Shown: positions 14,189 to 28,001 of the stretch, piece by piece
Numbering within the stretch: position 1 is the stretch's first letter
Layout: every line of letters begins with the position of its first letter
Assembly: GCF_006345805.1 (NCBI RefSeq)
Contig: NC_043006.1
Coordinates: forward strand, 64,666,001 to 64,730,000
Source of the DNA: Octopus sinensis
Lineage: Eukaryota
Direction of reading: 5' to 3'
DNA: 64,000 bases
The notes under the pieces: generated by a model
Databases searched by the model: none
Told to the model about the DNA's origin: nothing
Seen by the model: the letters and a program-made list of their open reading frames with translations, nothing else
Translations under genes and position numbers: made by a program

Positions 14189-15179
14189 TAACAGTTGTTT
14201 TCTACTTATTGAATCTTGAAGACACATAGCGCCAAAGAATGTTGTGATGTAATGGCTATCAGCCCGTGACAAATTACTCTCTGTCTCAACCTGTCAATGT
14301 TGATATTTATTTTAATTTCACGCCCAGTGGTGGCGCTGTCTCTCGTCAATGAGTGGAGGAATAAGTGACTAACGAATACGCGGTGGTGGTGGTGGTGGTG
14401 GTGGTGATGATGGGATACTTATGGGGTAGGGTAGTGGTGATAGTAGTAGTGATGGTAGTAGTGATGAAGTGGTGATGGGAGCGGTGATTGTGGTGGTGGA
14501 GATGGTATTGGTGATGATGGTGATGGTGCTGTTGATGGTGGTGGTAATGGTAGTTATGGGGGGGTTATAGTGGTGGAGGTAGTTGAGCTACTAGTATTGG
14601 TGTAGTGTTGGTGGCACTGCTGTTGCTGATATTTGCATTGGTGACGATGGTGGCGGTGGCTGTAGCTGTATGGCTATGATATTGGGTAGAGGTAATGTGA
14701 CTAGTGGTGGTGAAGGTGGTGGTGATAGTAGTGGTACTGGTATTTATGATGGCGATGGTGTTGGCGGTATGGTGGTGGAGATGGTGATATTTGTCATGGT
14801 GTTGGTCATGGTGACGATGATGGTGATGATAGGGGTAGAACCAGTGACAAAAACCGTGGTTCGTTGGTTGTTGTGAAGTTTGTAGAGAGCCTGTTTCGAG
14901 TGACAGAATGCTCACAGACCAAGCTTGACGGCTCTCTTTTTCAATGCAGTCGAGCGAGAAAATACAGATTATAACATGTCTGATGCCAACTAAATTTCAT
15001 GGTTGGCCACCTGAGACAATTCACGCCTCTCTCTTGCAATGACCTCTTCATATTCCAGCAACATAAACACACACACGCGGGCACACGCATACACACACAC
15101 ACACACACATTCATGCCAGTAAAGAAAACTCTACGGTCCAAATAAAGAGCCTTATGTGGTCACTAAACTGTTAGAAATA

Positions 15180-16600
15180 GCAGCTAAATTATCTGAAGAT
15201 CTGCAACAACAAAACAGAGTAGTCATAGATAGGAAACCCTTCATTATAAATCTGCTCGATCAGAAAATCACAACGACAAACAAAATATTTCAAACAAAAA
15301 TGAGGTCTGCTTTCTATCTTTTCATTCTTACCCACCACACAACGTCTTCCGACAGAACCACAGGACAGATAAAGAATGGCTTCTCTTTCCGGTCAAACGA
15401 AAATGGCGAGACGATCTTTACAGTGGATTCAACTGATAGCTGGATCCGTCCCATACATGGCAGCTGCTGGTCGATATAACTTCCTCAAGTCAGCAATGTT
15501 TGGGGCACTAGAGGAGCGAATACATAATGGTTTCGATACTCTGCGCGAACCTGGGACAGGTGCCTGACGACACTTCCATGTCGCTAGAGTTTATCTCTAA
15601 TCAACAACGCCCAACTTCACTTCACTAGTACTGCTAGGTCCGGAATTTCTGGAAATTATCCATGGTCTCGACCCGAAACTTCGGAATAGAATACCCTATT
15701 GGTTTTTATCGACGTTCAGAGTTTGCTCGAGATTACTGTCGCTTTTACCCGCCACTAATCTTCTGTAGGAAGCCAACGTGGGACTTCCACCAACCGCATT
15801 GCTCTACAAGAGGATTGTGAGCGCTTGACGATATTCCAGATGCAGAATGTCCTGTTTCAAACTTCGTTTGATCCAGGATTGCAGTTCCGTTAAAGAGACG
15901 AGCTGCAGTCGTCTTTTTAACGAGAAGATTGCAACTCCTCAAAGCAGAAATACTTTAAGTGGAACTTTTGGCTAGAAGTGTAACAGCTGAGCTTTCTAAT
16001 CTGCTTTCCCAGTCTTCAATCTCACTGGCGCTGTTTCCAAATTATATTTCCAGAATGGCCTCGTGATATTCGAATGTTATGAAAATTTATAAATCCACAC
16101 TGACTTTTCCCGACCAGATAGCAATTTTTTGTTCGCTCTGTACTCGTCACCCATTCATATTGCACGACAAAAGCGAGAATGAGCCAGAAGTCAATGTCAT
16201 TACTCATTATCCTGGTTGTTACTCTTATGCTGTACTTGCCAATCTATTGCAGTTTCAGCCTCACGGCAGGCATGTTTCACAAATTCTGCTCATCATTTTG
16301 TTTCCTTCTCAGTCTTGAAAATCTGGCAAAGATTTCTGCATGCCTTGCTCTGATCGATGGCTAACACACATTGCTCCACAAACCACCCAAAGCCACCTTC
16401 AGTCGTTCCTTTGATGATCCAATGCGTGTTCCTCTGCTTTCCTTGAGGTGTGAGTTGTCACTTTTCCCCTTACTCGCTCTTGAACAAATTTCTCGGACAA
16501 GGAAACACACACTTTGTGACACAGCCCTACTAAGCTGTCTTCTTTGACTGCATTCTACCCACGTATAAAAATTGCCTGTGTTTAACACTTAACTTGGAAC
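15180..16600 (-). mobile_element. Decayed L1/Tx1-clade LINE, 3' part of ORF2
   Basis: LIRDKL*RHG, TCPRF..ETIMYSLL*CP (decayed CCHC knuckle) and GRIQLSVESTVKI...VVWWVR. Many stops and frameshifts. Confidence 0.65.
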
Positions 16601-17049
16601 AAAACTCCAACCACTGACAGTTTTGATCATCAACAAAATGTACGTTGGTATGTTACTGCCGGCAAAAGCGTCGTTCCAATTGTTTTCCCTTTAAAGTTTA
16701 CAGAAATATTATTTCTCCTTTTTTAAAACGCGTTCGCCGGGTTGCAAAATATATGTTCGTGTCACCATTTTTTTTCTGTGTTGTAGTGTTCGTTTGAGTT
16801 TTTTTTTTTCTTTGAAATGGGATTTTAGCCTCATCCCTCGTTATCATTTTTGGTTGAACGGAAACGCAACAAATTTATGTTGAAAAATATTTTAAAATAA
16901 CCAACCTCAATTCTCTACAACTATGGATGAGATAATCAGCAACCTTCCAGAAGGGTTCCCCTTTAGTTACACTTGTCCTAAAACAAATTCTGCGACGCGG
17001 TAAGTCATATCTTTCCACATCATATGCCACTGCTGCTGCTGCTGCTCCT

Positions 17050-17149
17050 NNNNNNNNNNNNNNNNNNNNNNNNNNNNNNNNNNNNNNNNNNNNNNNNNNN
17101 NNNNNNNNNNNNNNNNNNNNNNNNNNNNNNNNNNNNNNNNNNNNNNNNN
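17050..17149. other. Assembly gap (100 N)
   Basis: Run of n characters; true size unknown. Confidence 0.99.
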
Positions 17150-17689
17150 AACGGCTAAGTTATTTATTATCGATATCCTTTCGCGAAACGCTATGTTATT
17201 TTATCGATATCCTTTGGCAAACCTCTAAGTTATTTTATGGATCACCTTTGGCGAACCGCTAAGTTATTTTATCGATATCGATTGGCAAAGCACTAATTAC
17301 TGTATCGATGTCCTTTCGCGAACCGCTAAGTTATTTTATCGATCTCTTTTGGCGAAACGCTTAGTTATTTTATCGATCTTGATTGATGAACCGCTAAGTT
17401 ACTTCGTCGAACTCTCTTGGCGAACCGCTAAGTTAATTTATCGATCTCGATTAATGAACTGCTAAGTTATTTTTCGATTTTCTTTGGCGAACGATCTCGA
17501 TTGGCGAACCACTAAGTTATTTTATCTTTCTCTTTTGGCGAACCGCTAAGTTTTTTATCGATCTACTTTGGCGAACCGCCAAGTTATTTTATCAATTTCC
17601 TTTAGCGAACCTCTAAGTTATTTTATCGATCACCTTTGGTGAAACGGTAAGTTATTTTATCGAGCTCGATTGTCGAACCGCTAAGTTAC
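17150..17689. repeat. 34-bp minisatellite, about 16 units, SINE-derived
   Basis: Unit approximately ttattttatcgatctcttttggcgaaccgctaag. Abuts the N gap. Confidence 0.92.
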
Positions 17690-18167
17690 TGAGGTAGGAA
17701 TAAAAGTAATAAAAGTCATTATTGGGAATTGTTAAAGACAGTTAAATGCATACCGGTTTCGTAAAATTATTCATTGCTTTGAATGCACAGCGATTACTGA
17801 ATATATATATATATGTTCCTACCGTAAGGCTTCACTTCCACACACGCCAGCTTAATTTAATTCGCCCTTAGTCGAACGACACCAGTTTTGTAGACACTGT
17901 TGCTCTCTGACCGCATTCACTTTCGTCGTCAGAAATAACTCCGTGTGCCAAGTACACAGCATTCAGCCGACAATCTCGTTATGATCATCCTGTCTTCTTT
18001 GAGGACATGTTATATTCATTATTATAATGTTAAATTTTTGTAATGCAAATATGTGAATGAAAATATAGTTTAGTTGGTAAGCAAAAGCTTACTGAATCTT
18101 TTGATACTCGATACGTCAAGATCGGCAACTCGGTTTTGGAATACATGAAGAACACGCACGCACGCAC

Positions 18168-18244
<77 letters not shown>

Positions 18245-20029
18245 CACGCACCCACACACACACACGCATACACACGCACACTCTTTTATAGATATAGATT
18301 AATACTACATACTTTAACATGTGTTGTTGTTGTGGAAGAATTCCAACCACTCCACAGGTGACTATAGGTGGACTGTCTCATTATTATAAAGCAAAGAACT
18401 GTGAATGATTTGGACTTCGGGTTGGTAGCAGTTCACTGTAAACCTTTGATATAGAGCGTGTCTCGTGTAATAGGAGTGCATCGCGTATATACTCCTCCAC
18501 CCCGCTTCGTTATATTGTATATCTAATACAAGGATATAAAAGTTGTGTAAACGCCAGGAACTGTGTTTTTGCCACTTGGAAAAATTCCTCTTAATGTCGT
18601 GTACGAAATCGTCCTCCGCCTAGCTCTGAAGTATATTGTATCTTTTAATACTACATGCTTTAAAGGGGCGTTTTCCGTGGCTTTTGGCGTTTAAACAAAA
18701 CACAAACATGAAATATGTTGTACAGATAATGTTTCCGTTATGGAACTGTTTCTACTGCATAATTCGAATTTATTATATTCAGAATTGTGTGAAGGCTCGT
18801 GGCATATTAGTGTGTTGAACTCACAATCTTAACGTCGTGGGTTCGATTCATGGACCTGGTAGGGTGTGACGTCCGTGAACAAGGCACTTCATTCTCCGTT
18901 GTCCTAGTCTATTCAGCTGAAAATTAATATCATCCTAGGCTGGGGCAGCCCTCTTTCCCTCAAGCTGTCACATCTTCCAGCATTGGAAGGTGAAGAGGAT
19001 GTTTATGCCTGATCGCGACTACACAGGCACCTAAAGTAATTAACAAAAGCATGATACATCCTGCCAAGACATACCCACTTACGAGAGATGGCTATGGTTT
19101 ATATCCAGCTTTAGTTTATCTTGTCTGTTAAACCAGCTTTGAAGGGTAGTATTTGTGGGCGATTTTGCTGCAAGCTCAGGTACTTGACGGTCTGAGGCTA
19201 TAAGAGGACATTTGCCTAAGGTGTCGCGCAGTGGAATTGAACACAAAACCATATGGCTGGAAAGCGAACTTCTTAGCTACCCAGACTATGGTATACAGCA
19301 AGGATCCCCAATTACAGGGCCGTGGTTCATTTGGTATTCGGCCGCACAGTTGCTCCTGTTTACGTCACTGGTGCCAAGCTCTATCAGTCTTTGCCTTTCC
19401 CAACATCGGTGGCATGGAGAAGGGAGACTGGTATACATAAGCGATTGCTTGTTTTCCATAAAACAACCTTGCTCGGACTTGGGCCTCGGTGGGGAGGTTT
19501 CTAGGTGTAATCCCATGTCATTCATGACCGAAGAGGCCCTTTACTTCTACCCTTAATATACGTAATAAGGAAATTGTATTTCATGCATTTTATTGTGTCT
19601 GTGTTATGCGCAGCATGATCAGAATATGGAAACATTATCTTGCATGAATCCTGTCCGTGGTGCAAAAAAGGTTGGGAACCGCTGAAATAGAAAACACGAC
19701 ACTCGCACAATAACTACAAGGCTAATGGAACAATATAGTTTATTCATAACAACAGGAAATTGACAACAGCAAGAATAAAGGAAAGTAATTGGTCAAGAAT
19801 GAAGTTAAACTGGAACATCTTAGGAATTTGGACTCAATCGTCTCCAAATCAGCTCCGCAATTTCTCTAAGAACCGCATCTGTATTCTATCGAAGAGAGCA
19901 CTGTGAGCAGTTCGATCAAGGCGCCGGTGACGCTGCGTTTATAAGAGGAAATATATATTTTTGTAATCATATATATATATATATATACACACACATACAT
20001 ACATACATACATACATACATACATACATA

Positions 20030-20283
20030 CATACATACATACATACATACATACATACATACATACATACATACATACATACATACATGCATACATGCGT
20101 GTATGCATGCATACACACATACATACGCACATATATATGACGAACTAACTGTTACTTTCTCAGATGCAGCACGGATTTTAGCGACGAAAATATTTTGACA
20201 AATTAAACTTAAATGTTGAAGTGAATCGAACGGCTTTTGTCGGTTTCTAAATGGCTTACAAACACCTTCCACGCTGCAATTGT

Positions 20284-20347
<64 letters not shown>

Positions 20348-20620
20348 ATACATACATACTACATACATACATACATACATACATAAATACATACATACAT
20401 ACATACATACAAAATACAATGCATACATGCGTGTATGCATGCATACACACATACATACGCACATATATATGACGAACTAACTGTTACTTTCTCAGATGCA
20501 GCAGCAGATTTTAGCGACGAAAATATTTTGACAAATTAAACTTAAATGTTGAATGAATCGAACGGCTTTTGTCGGTTTCTAAATGGCTTACAAACACCTT
20601 CCACGCTGCAAATGTTATAT
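20030..20620. repeat. About 330-bp tandem duplication bounded by TACA/TA microsatellites
   Basis: gacgaactaactgttactttctcagatgcagca...ccttccacgctgcaa occurs at about 20139-20280 and again at 20471-20611. Confidence 0.9.
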
Positions 20621-20623
20621 ATA

Positions 20624-20703
<80 letters not shown>

Positions 20704-20711
<8 letters not shown>

Positions 20712-21175
20712 TGCTATCTGGATGTGAGATATGTGGAGTTTTACTGCTGACATGGAGGGAAGTACGCAGGTATTTGAGCACAAGTGCTTCAGGAGGCTGC
20801 CATATATCCCAAATCACAGAGCAGAAAACAAACAGCTTTGTCAAGCAGCAAGGTCAACAAATACGCTGGCAGACATGAACCACCTCCTTGCTCCGATAAA
20901 AAGATGAAAGCTTGCCTGGTACGGTCGCGTATCCCACCACAGCTTCTTATCGAAAACCATTCCTCAGAGTACAGTTAAAGGAAGGCGGAAGGGAGGCAGA
21001 CAGAGAAAATCTTGGTCTGACAACATCAAAGGCTGGACAGGTCACAGCACCGTAACCCTGCTACGCATGACAGAAAACAGAAACCATTGGCGACAGCTGA
21101 ATGCAAAAGCGTCTAGAGTTCCTCCGCCTCTCCCGTACGACTGGTTACATCGGTGAAAGGAACTTGTGGATTGAT
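20704..21175 (+). mobile_element. RTE-clade LINE 3' fragment
   Basis: LLSGCEI, FEHKCFRRL, KLAWYGRV and GRRKGGRQRKSWSDNIKGWTG...DR/NR-WR-type C-terminal motifs. Confidence 0.85.
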
Positions 21176-21213
21176 GATAATACTTAATCAACATTTACAC
21201 ACTGTGGCTATCC

Positions 21214-21419
21214 CAGTGGTTCTCAACCAGGGTCTACATGGCCCTTCTGGGTCCATAAAAGATTTTGTTGTGAAAATTTATCGACAATATACAAAACATT
21301 TGAACTTTTTAAATACAGTGCTTAATATTTAATTATAGAAATATAATAAGATTTTTTAAACATAGGGGTAAAATAGAAACCAAAGGGGTCCATAGTAAAA
21401 AAAAAGGGTTGAAATCCAG
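21214..21419. mobile_element. hAT-type MITE, same family as 1359-1622
   Basis: Starts cagtggttctcaacc; interior aligns with the reverse complement of 1359-1622. Confidence 0.7.
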
Positions 21420-22556
21420 TCAACATCTGCACCCTATGTCAATCCAGTGGGCGCTGTGTCCGGTTCACACCAATATACTAATCTTTTTTCTATCTTGTTT
21501 CAGTAATTGGACTGCGTCCATTTAGGGGCACCTCTTTGAAGGGTTTTGATCGACCCCAGTACTTATCATTTAAAGTCTGGCATTTATTCATATGGCTCTC
21601 TTTTGCTCAACCGCTAAGTGATGAGGACGTAAACAAATCCTTAGGGGTGGTGAAGGACAAACACAAAAGCAAACACATACATGTATACATATACACATAC
21701 ACACACACTCACACACACGCACGCACACACCACACACACATTCTACGGGCTTTCACGCAGTAGTCTCCATGTTCTGAATCCGCTGACAAGGCATGATTCG
21801 ATCCAGGGACTGTATTAAATATACCTATCTAATTCAGCTGTATTAGATATACGTGCAGTGGGATTGAACCCGAAAGCGCGTAGTGAGCTTCTCAACCACA
21901 TAGCCATGTACATTGCTTCTGTACAGCCATCACGTAGACATCACTTAGAACATCTGCACAGTGTATCTATCTAGTCCATATCTATACATTGTGTCTAGAT
22001 ATCAACTCAACGTTCGAACCTTATGTTTATCTATGCAGTTCACATCCAGACACAGCGTAACTGTGAAGTCAACATCTAATCACCAGACTTAACTGTCAAG
22101 TTGACATATACCCACAGTGTCTATCGCTTTCTCTTGGAGGCGCAATGGCCCAGTGGTTAGGGCAGCGGACTCGCTGTCGTGGGATCGCGGTTCCGTTGTG
22201 AGTCTTTATTGAGTGAAAACACCTAGAAGCTCCACGATGCTCCCGCAGGGGATGCTGACGAACCATGCTGTACACTTTCACCACAACTTTCTCTCACTCT
22301 TTCTTCCTGTTTCTGTTGTACCTGTATTTCAAAGGGCTAACCATGTTACACACTCTGTGTCACACTAAATCTCCCCAGCCACTTGCACGTTAATTTCACG
22401 AGCAGGCTGCTCCGTTGATCGGATCAACTGGAACCCTTGTCGTCGTAACCGACGGAGTGCCATGATCTGTTTCTTTCTCTACTGTCAACATTGACGAAAT
22501 GTGTTCGCAGAGGTCGCTGGGATTATACTAGGAGAAAGAAGAATATATGCAGGGTT

Positions 22557-23140
22557 AACATGCAGTTTACTGTCGTAAAATGGTGAAAGTAAATTGTCAT
22601 TAAAAAAATTAAAGTAAATTGCAATCGAAATCGGAAGTGAAAATCATTTCGTTCTGTGGACAGTCTTTTACTCACACGTACGCTAATCAGATTATTGATT
22701 TAATTTTGGTAGAGTCAAATGGCAGTTCCCCCAAAAAATAAATGGCTCGTGTTATAGAGTGAATCTACAGGAACAACGCCATTGCTTCCTATCGGTTCTT
22801 TCTCAATAACTCATTAATCATCCTGGATTATTGTATCGCTCACATGCGACTGTGTTGGCTATTATGCTTCGACATGCAAGCCAATGAATAGCCTTCGCAT
22901 AGTGTTCGTTGCAGGCTGCAAGTTCGCTAGAACGACGCTGGGGTTTCTGAAATATTTGAGACATCACCAGAATGTAATATACATGTAGGTTGCCGGCGGA
23001 CGTGACATAATGAGGAAGTACTTTATGGTATTTTAAAATTTTAAATATATATGTCGTCACTTCCGGTTTATATCGTCATTTACTTTCATTTTTTTTTAGG
23101 ACAATTTACTTTCACTTTTTACGACGGTGTACTGCATGTT
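22557..23140. mobile_element. Unclassified MITE with about 80-bp TIRs
   Basis: 22557-22640 (aacatgcagt...gtgaaagtaaattgtc...cggaagtga) matches the reverse complement of 23056-23140. No clear TSD. Confidence 0.75.
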
Positions 23141-23365
23141 TGCTAATATCGTACATAGTACACACACACAGACACACATACAAGACACACACGTGCACAT
23201 ACACACACGTGCACATACACACACGCTTGCAAAAGTCACACACAAACACTCAGACACACACTTTCTCTCTCACACACACATAAACTCACTCATACATACA
23301 CATGCACAACACTACATACGACGCACATACACATATAGCACTCACACTAGCTCTCTCACTTACAC

Positions 23366-23438
<73 letters not shown>

Positions 23439-23625
23439 GTTCATCTATGAACCGGACTTACTGTAAAAGCTGGGTATCTGAAGCGATAAGGATCTTTCTT
23501 CAGACACAGCGATCTGTCCCATTTTGATTCTGGAGATTTTCGCGTGGAAAACCGATTCACATTTTTGCCTTCTGCACCATCAAATTTTATCGGTTCCCTC
23601 AACTTGAAACCTACATCAAACGGAT

Positions 23626-23712
<87 letters not shown>

Positions 23713-23845
23713 TATATATTATATATATGTAAATGCACATACACACACACAACACATGCATGTAGTCAAAACAAGAGATGCAATGAAGGAGAGTATCTGA
23801 AATGTCCGTATACTATCGTAAATAATAATGATGATGATGATGATG

Positions 23846-23919
<74 letters not shown>

Positions 23920-23977
23920 AAATGGCTCGAGATAGTAAAAATATGGCTACCTCTGGCACGCAGTATTTGCAGATAGT

Positions 23978-24325
23978 GGAGGCGCAATGGCCCAGTGGTT
24001 AGGGCAGCGGACTCGCGGTCGTAGGATCGCGGTTTCGATTCCCAGACCGGGCGTTGTGAGTGTTTATTGAGCGAAAACACCTAAAGCTCCACGATGCTCC
24101 GGCAGGGATGGTGGTGATCCCGGCTGTACTCTTTCTCTCACTCTTACTTCCTGTTTCTGTTGTACCTGTATTTCAAAGGGCCGGCCTTGTCACTCTCTGT
24201 GTCACGCTGAATATCCCCGAGAACTACGTTAAGGGTACACGTGTCTGTAGAGTGCTCAGCCACTTACACGTTAATTTCACGAGCAGGCTGTTCCGGAACC
24301 CTCGTCGTCGTAACCGACGGAGTGC
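23978..24325 (+). mobile_element. tRNA-derived SINE family C
   Basis: Head ggcccagtggttagggcagcggactc...gtttcgattccc and tail gttaatttcacgagcaggctg...cgtcgtaaccgacggagtgc. Copies at 22136-22462(+), 27622-27945(-), 39600-39925(-) and 41200-41500(+). Confidence 0.85.
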
Positions 24326-24715
24326 TTCCACATTTGCAGATAATGAAAAGGAGAATGCCAAAGCCGATGACCTTGTTGATTTGGAGCAACTGGAGGTGTT
24401 TTCGTACTACACATGGTGATGGACCATGCAGAGTGGAAAGGATGTGATTTTGCAAAAATTTTGCTTTGTGTCTACAAAATAGAGTTGGATATAAAACTGC
24501 AAGCATATGCGGAGGGGGTTTTCGTTTTCGTTTTTTTGGCAGAAGTACATCATGTCAGAGAAGCAGAGAGAGAAAGAGAGTTTCGTAAACTTGGTAGAAA
24601 TCCTTTTAGCAGAACATACACCACACACACACACACTCACACACTAGTGCATGCATATAACATACGCACGCATGAGTTTTTATACATATAAAACGAAAAG
24701 GAAAGGAGAATCAGT

Positions 24716-25352
<637 letters not shown>

Positions 25353-25389
25353 TGTTACTAGATAAAGCGGTAGATAGACATAATAAGCA

Positions 25390-25650
25390 ATGGAAGTCAC
25401 GCACGCTGGCCGCTATAAATACGATCAGCTGCTGGTTTTGTGCTAGGTTCCCGCTGTCGGCACGACGTCACGAATTCCGGAAGTTGAAGATCTTTGATTG
25501 GCGGAAGCTGGAATGATAAATGAAGGCCGAGTTTTCTTGAATGCAAATCAATAAACAGTATTGAGAGGTGAGAAAACAATACATTTCTCGGTGATTATCG
25601 CTAAAAGTACGCCATTTTGTTTCAAAGCTCAGTTTGTTTGGCGCCTATAG
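25390..25650 (-). promoter_or_regulatory. Candidate Pol II promoter motif cluster
   Basis: TATAAATA 25414-25421, CRE-like GACGTCAC 25464-25471, ETS CCGGAAGT 25477-25484, CCAAT (gattgg) 25496-25501 and YY1-like CGCCATTTT 25610-25618, in a CpG-rich patch. Confidence 0.4.
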
Positions 25651-26025
25651 TTTCCAAAAAAAAAAAGAAAAACGAAAGCAAAACGAAGTATTTAATGAGT
25701 GAGCTTGATACAGAGGTGTGGATAGATAAAGGAAAAGTACAAATTATAAGCGATAAAAGATTTACTAATAGAAACAAACACAAAAAACAACAAAAATCTC
25801 CCCTCAAAAACAATGCATGTGAAGTGATAATGAAATATTTTTTATGAATTCAAAAATAGTGTTGCGGTTTTCTATAGCAGCAACAGTAGCAGCAGCAGCA
25901 GTAATAGTAGTAGTAGTAGTAGTTGTAGTGAGATGGTGGTGTTCGTGGCGGTGGCAATAGCAGTAATAATGGTGGTAGTAGTAGTATTAGTAGTGGTAAT
26001 GATAATGATAGCTGTAGTAGTAGTT

Positions 26026-26095
<70 letters not shown>

Positions 26096-26539
26096 GGGTA
26101 GAGGTGGTGGTAGTGATGGTGGTAGTAGTGACGCACTACCACTCTCAATGGTTCCTAATTTTGGCACAATTCTTGCAGCTTTGAGGGAAGGGGTTATATA
26201 TCGATACTACCGAGTCCGCTACTTTAATGGTACTTTATTTTATCGACCTTCAGATGACGATTAAGGGCAAAGTTGACCTCGGTGGGAATTAAGCTCAGAA
26301 TGTATGATGATGATGACGGATATGGGTTTGTATGTTTATGTGTGAATGGTTTAGTATGGCCAAATTTAGCTGAACTCTCAGCTTATGATTGTGGAAGGTC
26401 GTAGCGTTTATATAATCACGGTGAAGCCCATAGATGAACGATCAAGTATTTTCTCTCGTGTGGGCACGAGCAATAAATATATCAGAAGCTTCCCTTGATA
26501 AGAAAATGATAAAATTAGTGTGACAGACTAAATAAGATT

Positions 26540-26850
26540 AAAGATGATTGAACAAACATTCAGAATGAATGATAGTGCGTCTTACATCTCTATGGTCATG
26601 TGGTTTTGGATTCGTGTAACATCCGGTTGGGAGTTTACCAAATCTGACAGCAAGCTTTCTGGCTGTGTTAGGCCGCAGGATTTTGAATCGAAGAACGAAA
26701 TTGCTATTGTTCTCACTGGATTCAGGACAACATTGCATCAGTTCAGGCATATTGGGTTCTTTGAAGTGTTGATGGGTCGTTGGTTTGGTGTAAAAGTGTG
26801 TTGCATTCTGAGATTTCTGTCTGCTTCTGTAACGATTACATAACAATTAG
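26540..26850 (-). mobile_element. Possible highly decayed Penelope-type RT fragment
   Basis: ENNSNFVLRFKILRPNTARKLAVRFGKLPT loosely resembles the E-NNxIxFLDxxIxR...IYRKPT segment of PLE RTs; catalytic DD not visible. Confidence 0.3.
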
Positions 26851-27006
26851 TTATGCTTGTATATACGAGCAGAGTTGTGTTGTTCGCTTTGTATCTATGT
26901 GGTGAAATATCAAGGTGAAAGAATTACGTGGAAGCAAACTGTAATTTTATATTTCAATCAATAGGGATAAAAGAAAAAAAAAAAGAAAAAAAAAAGCACA
27001 GATATA

Positions 27007-27551
27007 TTGAGTTGTCCGGAAAGTTCATGCCGACTTATAGTAGCTTACCTTTCGACTTATTTTAGAACATGGTTGAGTCCATAAAATAGGATTTTACTAC
27101 ACCTCCATTTAGAGCACAGTTTAAGCTATTTTTTCGTGGAAGAAGGTTTATGTTCCTATAACCTTCTGTAACCCTTTAAAATGGAAGATAAGAAAGTTCA
27201 TTTTCGGCATTTGATGCTTTGGGAACCAGACAAAAATTGCTGCAGCTCGGCTGGGATGTGTTACCCCCACCCTCCATATTCACCAGATATTCCACTTATT
27301 CAGGTCTCTGCAGAATAGTCTTAATGGTAAAAATTTCAATTCCTTGAATGACGTAAAAAGATACCTTGATGAATTCTTTGCCATGAAACCACCTCGATTC
27401 TGGGAAGAGGGTGTTTTCAAGTTAAAGGAAAGATGGAGATGCATTCTGCAACAAAATGGTTCATATTTGGTTGATTAAAAATGTAATGGCAAATATTTAT
27501 TGACCTTTTTCTTTCCTTTAAAAATCGGCACGAACTTTCCGGACAACCCAA
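27007..27551 (+). mobile_element. Internally deleted mariner element with TIRs and TA TSD
   Basis: TIR ttgagttgtccggaaagttcatgccga / tcggcacgaactttccggacaacccaa flanked by TA on both sides. Interior encodes LGWDVLPHPPYSPDI and, across frame breaks, HLFRSLQNSL and LKERWRCILQQNGSYL. Confidence 0.92.
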
Positions 27552-28001
27552 TATTTTTTTAGTTAGAAATGGTACTTGTCTTCAGCCTTTTAGTTAGTGT
27601 TTTTTATGGTCCCTGCATTGGTGGTACTCCGTCGGTTACGGCGATGAGGGTTCCAGTTGATCCGATCAACGGAACGGTCTGCTCGTGAAATTAACGTGCA
27701 AGTGGCTGAGCATTCCACAGATGCGCCTGCCTTTAACGTAGTTCTCAGGGAGATTCAGCGTGACACAGAATGTGACAATGTTGGCCCTTTTAAATACAGC
27801 TACTACGCGTTTTTACCAGTTGATTGGACGGGGGCAAAGTGAAATAAAGTGTCTTGCTCAAGTACACAACGCACCGACGGGTATCGAACTCGCAGCCATA
27901 CGATCGTTAGCTGAATACCTTAACCACTAAGCCACGCATCTTCACGTGATCCCTGAATTAAATATGCTAAGACTAACTTAGATAATATTTTTTACGCGAA
28001 A

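Noticed and set aside
14886-14940. Type III hammerhead-like sequence on the minus strand (GTC...CTGTGAG...GAAAC)
   Set aside because: The core lacks an A (CTG-TGA), and stems I and II are too weak to support a call.
15156-15479. 107-aa plus-strand ORF
   Set aside because: Antisense to the decayed Tx1-type LINE; no recognisable domain.
17150-17689. CRISPR-like array
   Set aside because: No unique spacers, the units are contiguous, the context is eukaryotic, and the unit derives from a SINE.
22620-23070. Paired ETS motifs as a bidirectional promoter
   Set aside because: Both motifs lie inside the TIRs of a MITE.
23978-24055. tRNA gene
   Set aside because: The A/B boxes continue into a SINE body found in several copies, and no proper acceptor stem is present. 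The same applies to the other tRNA-like heads.
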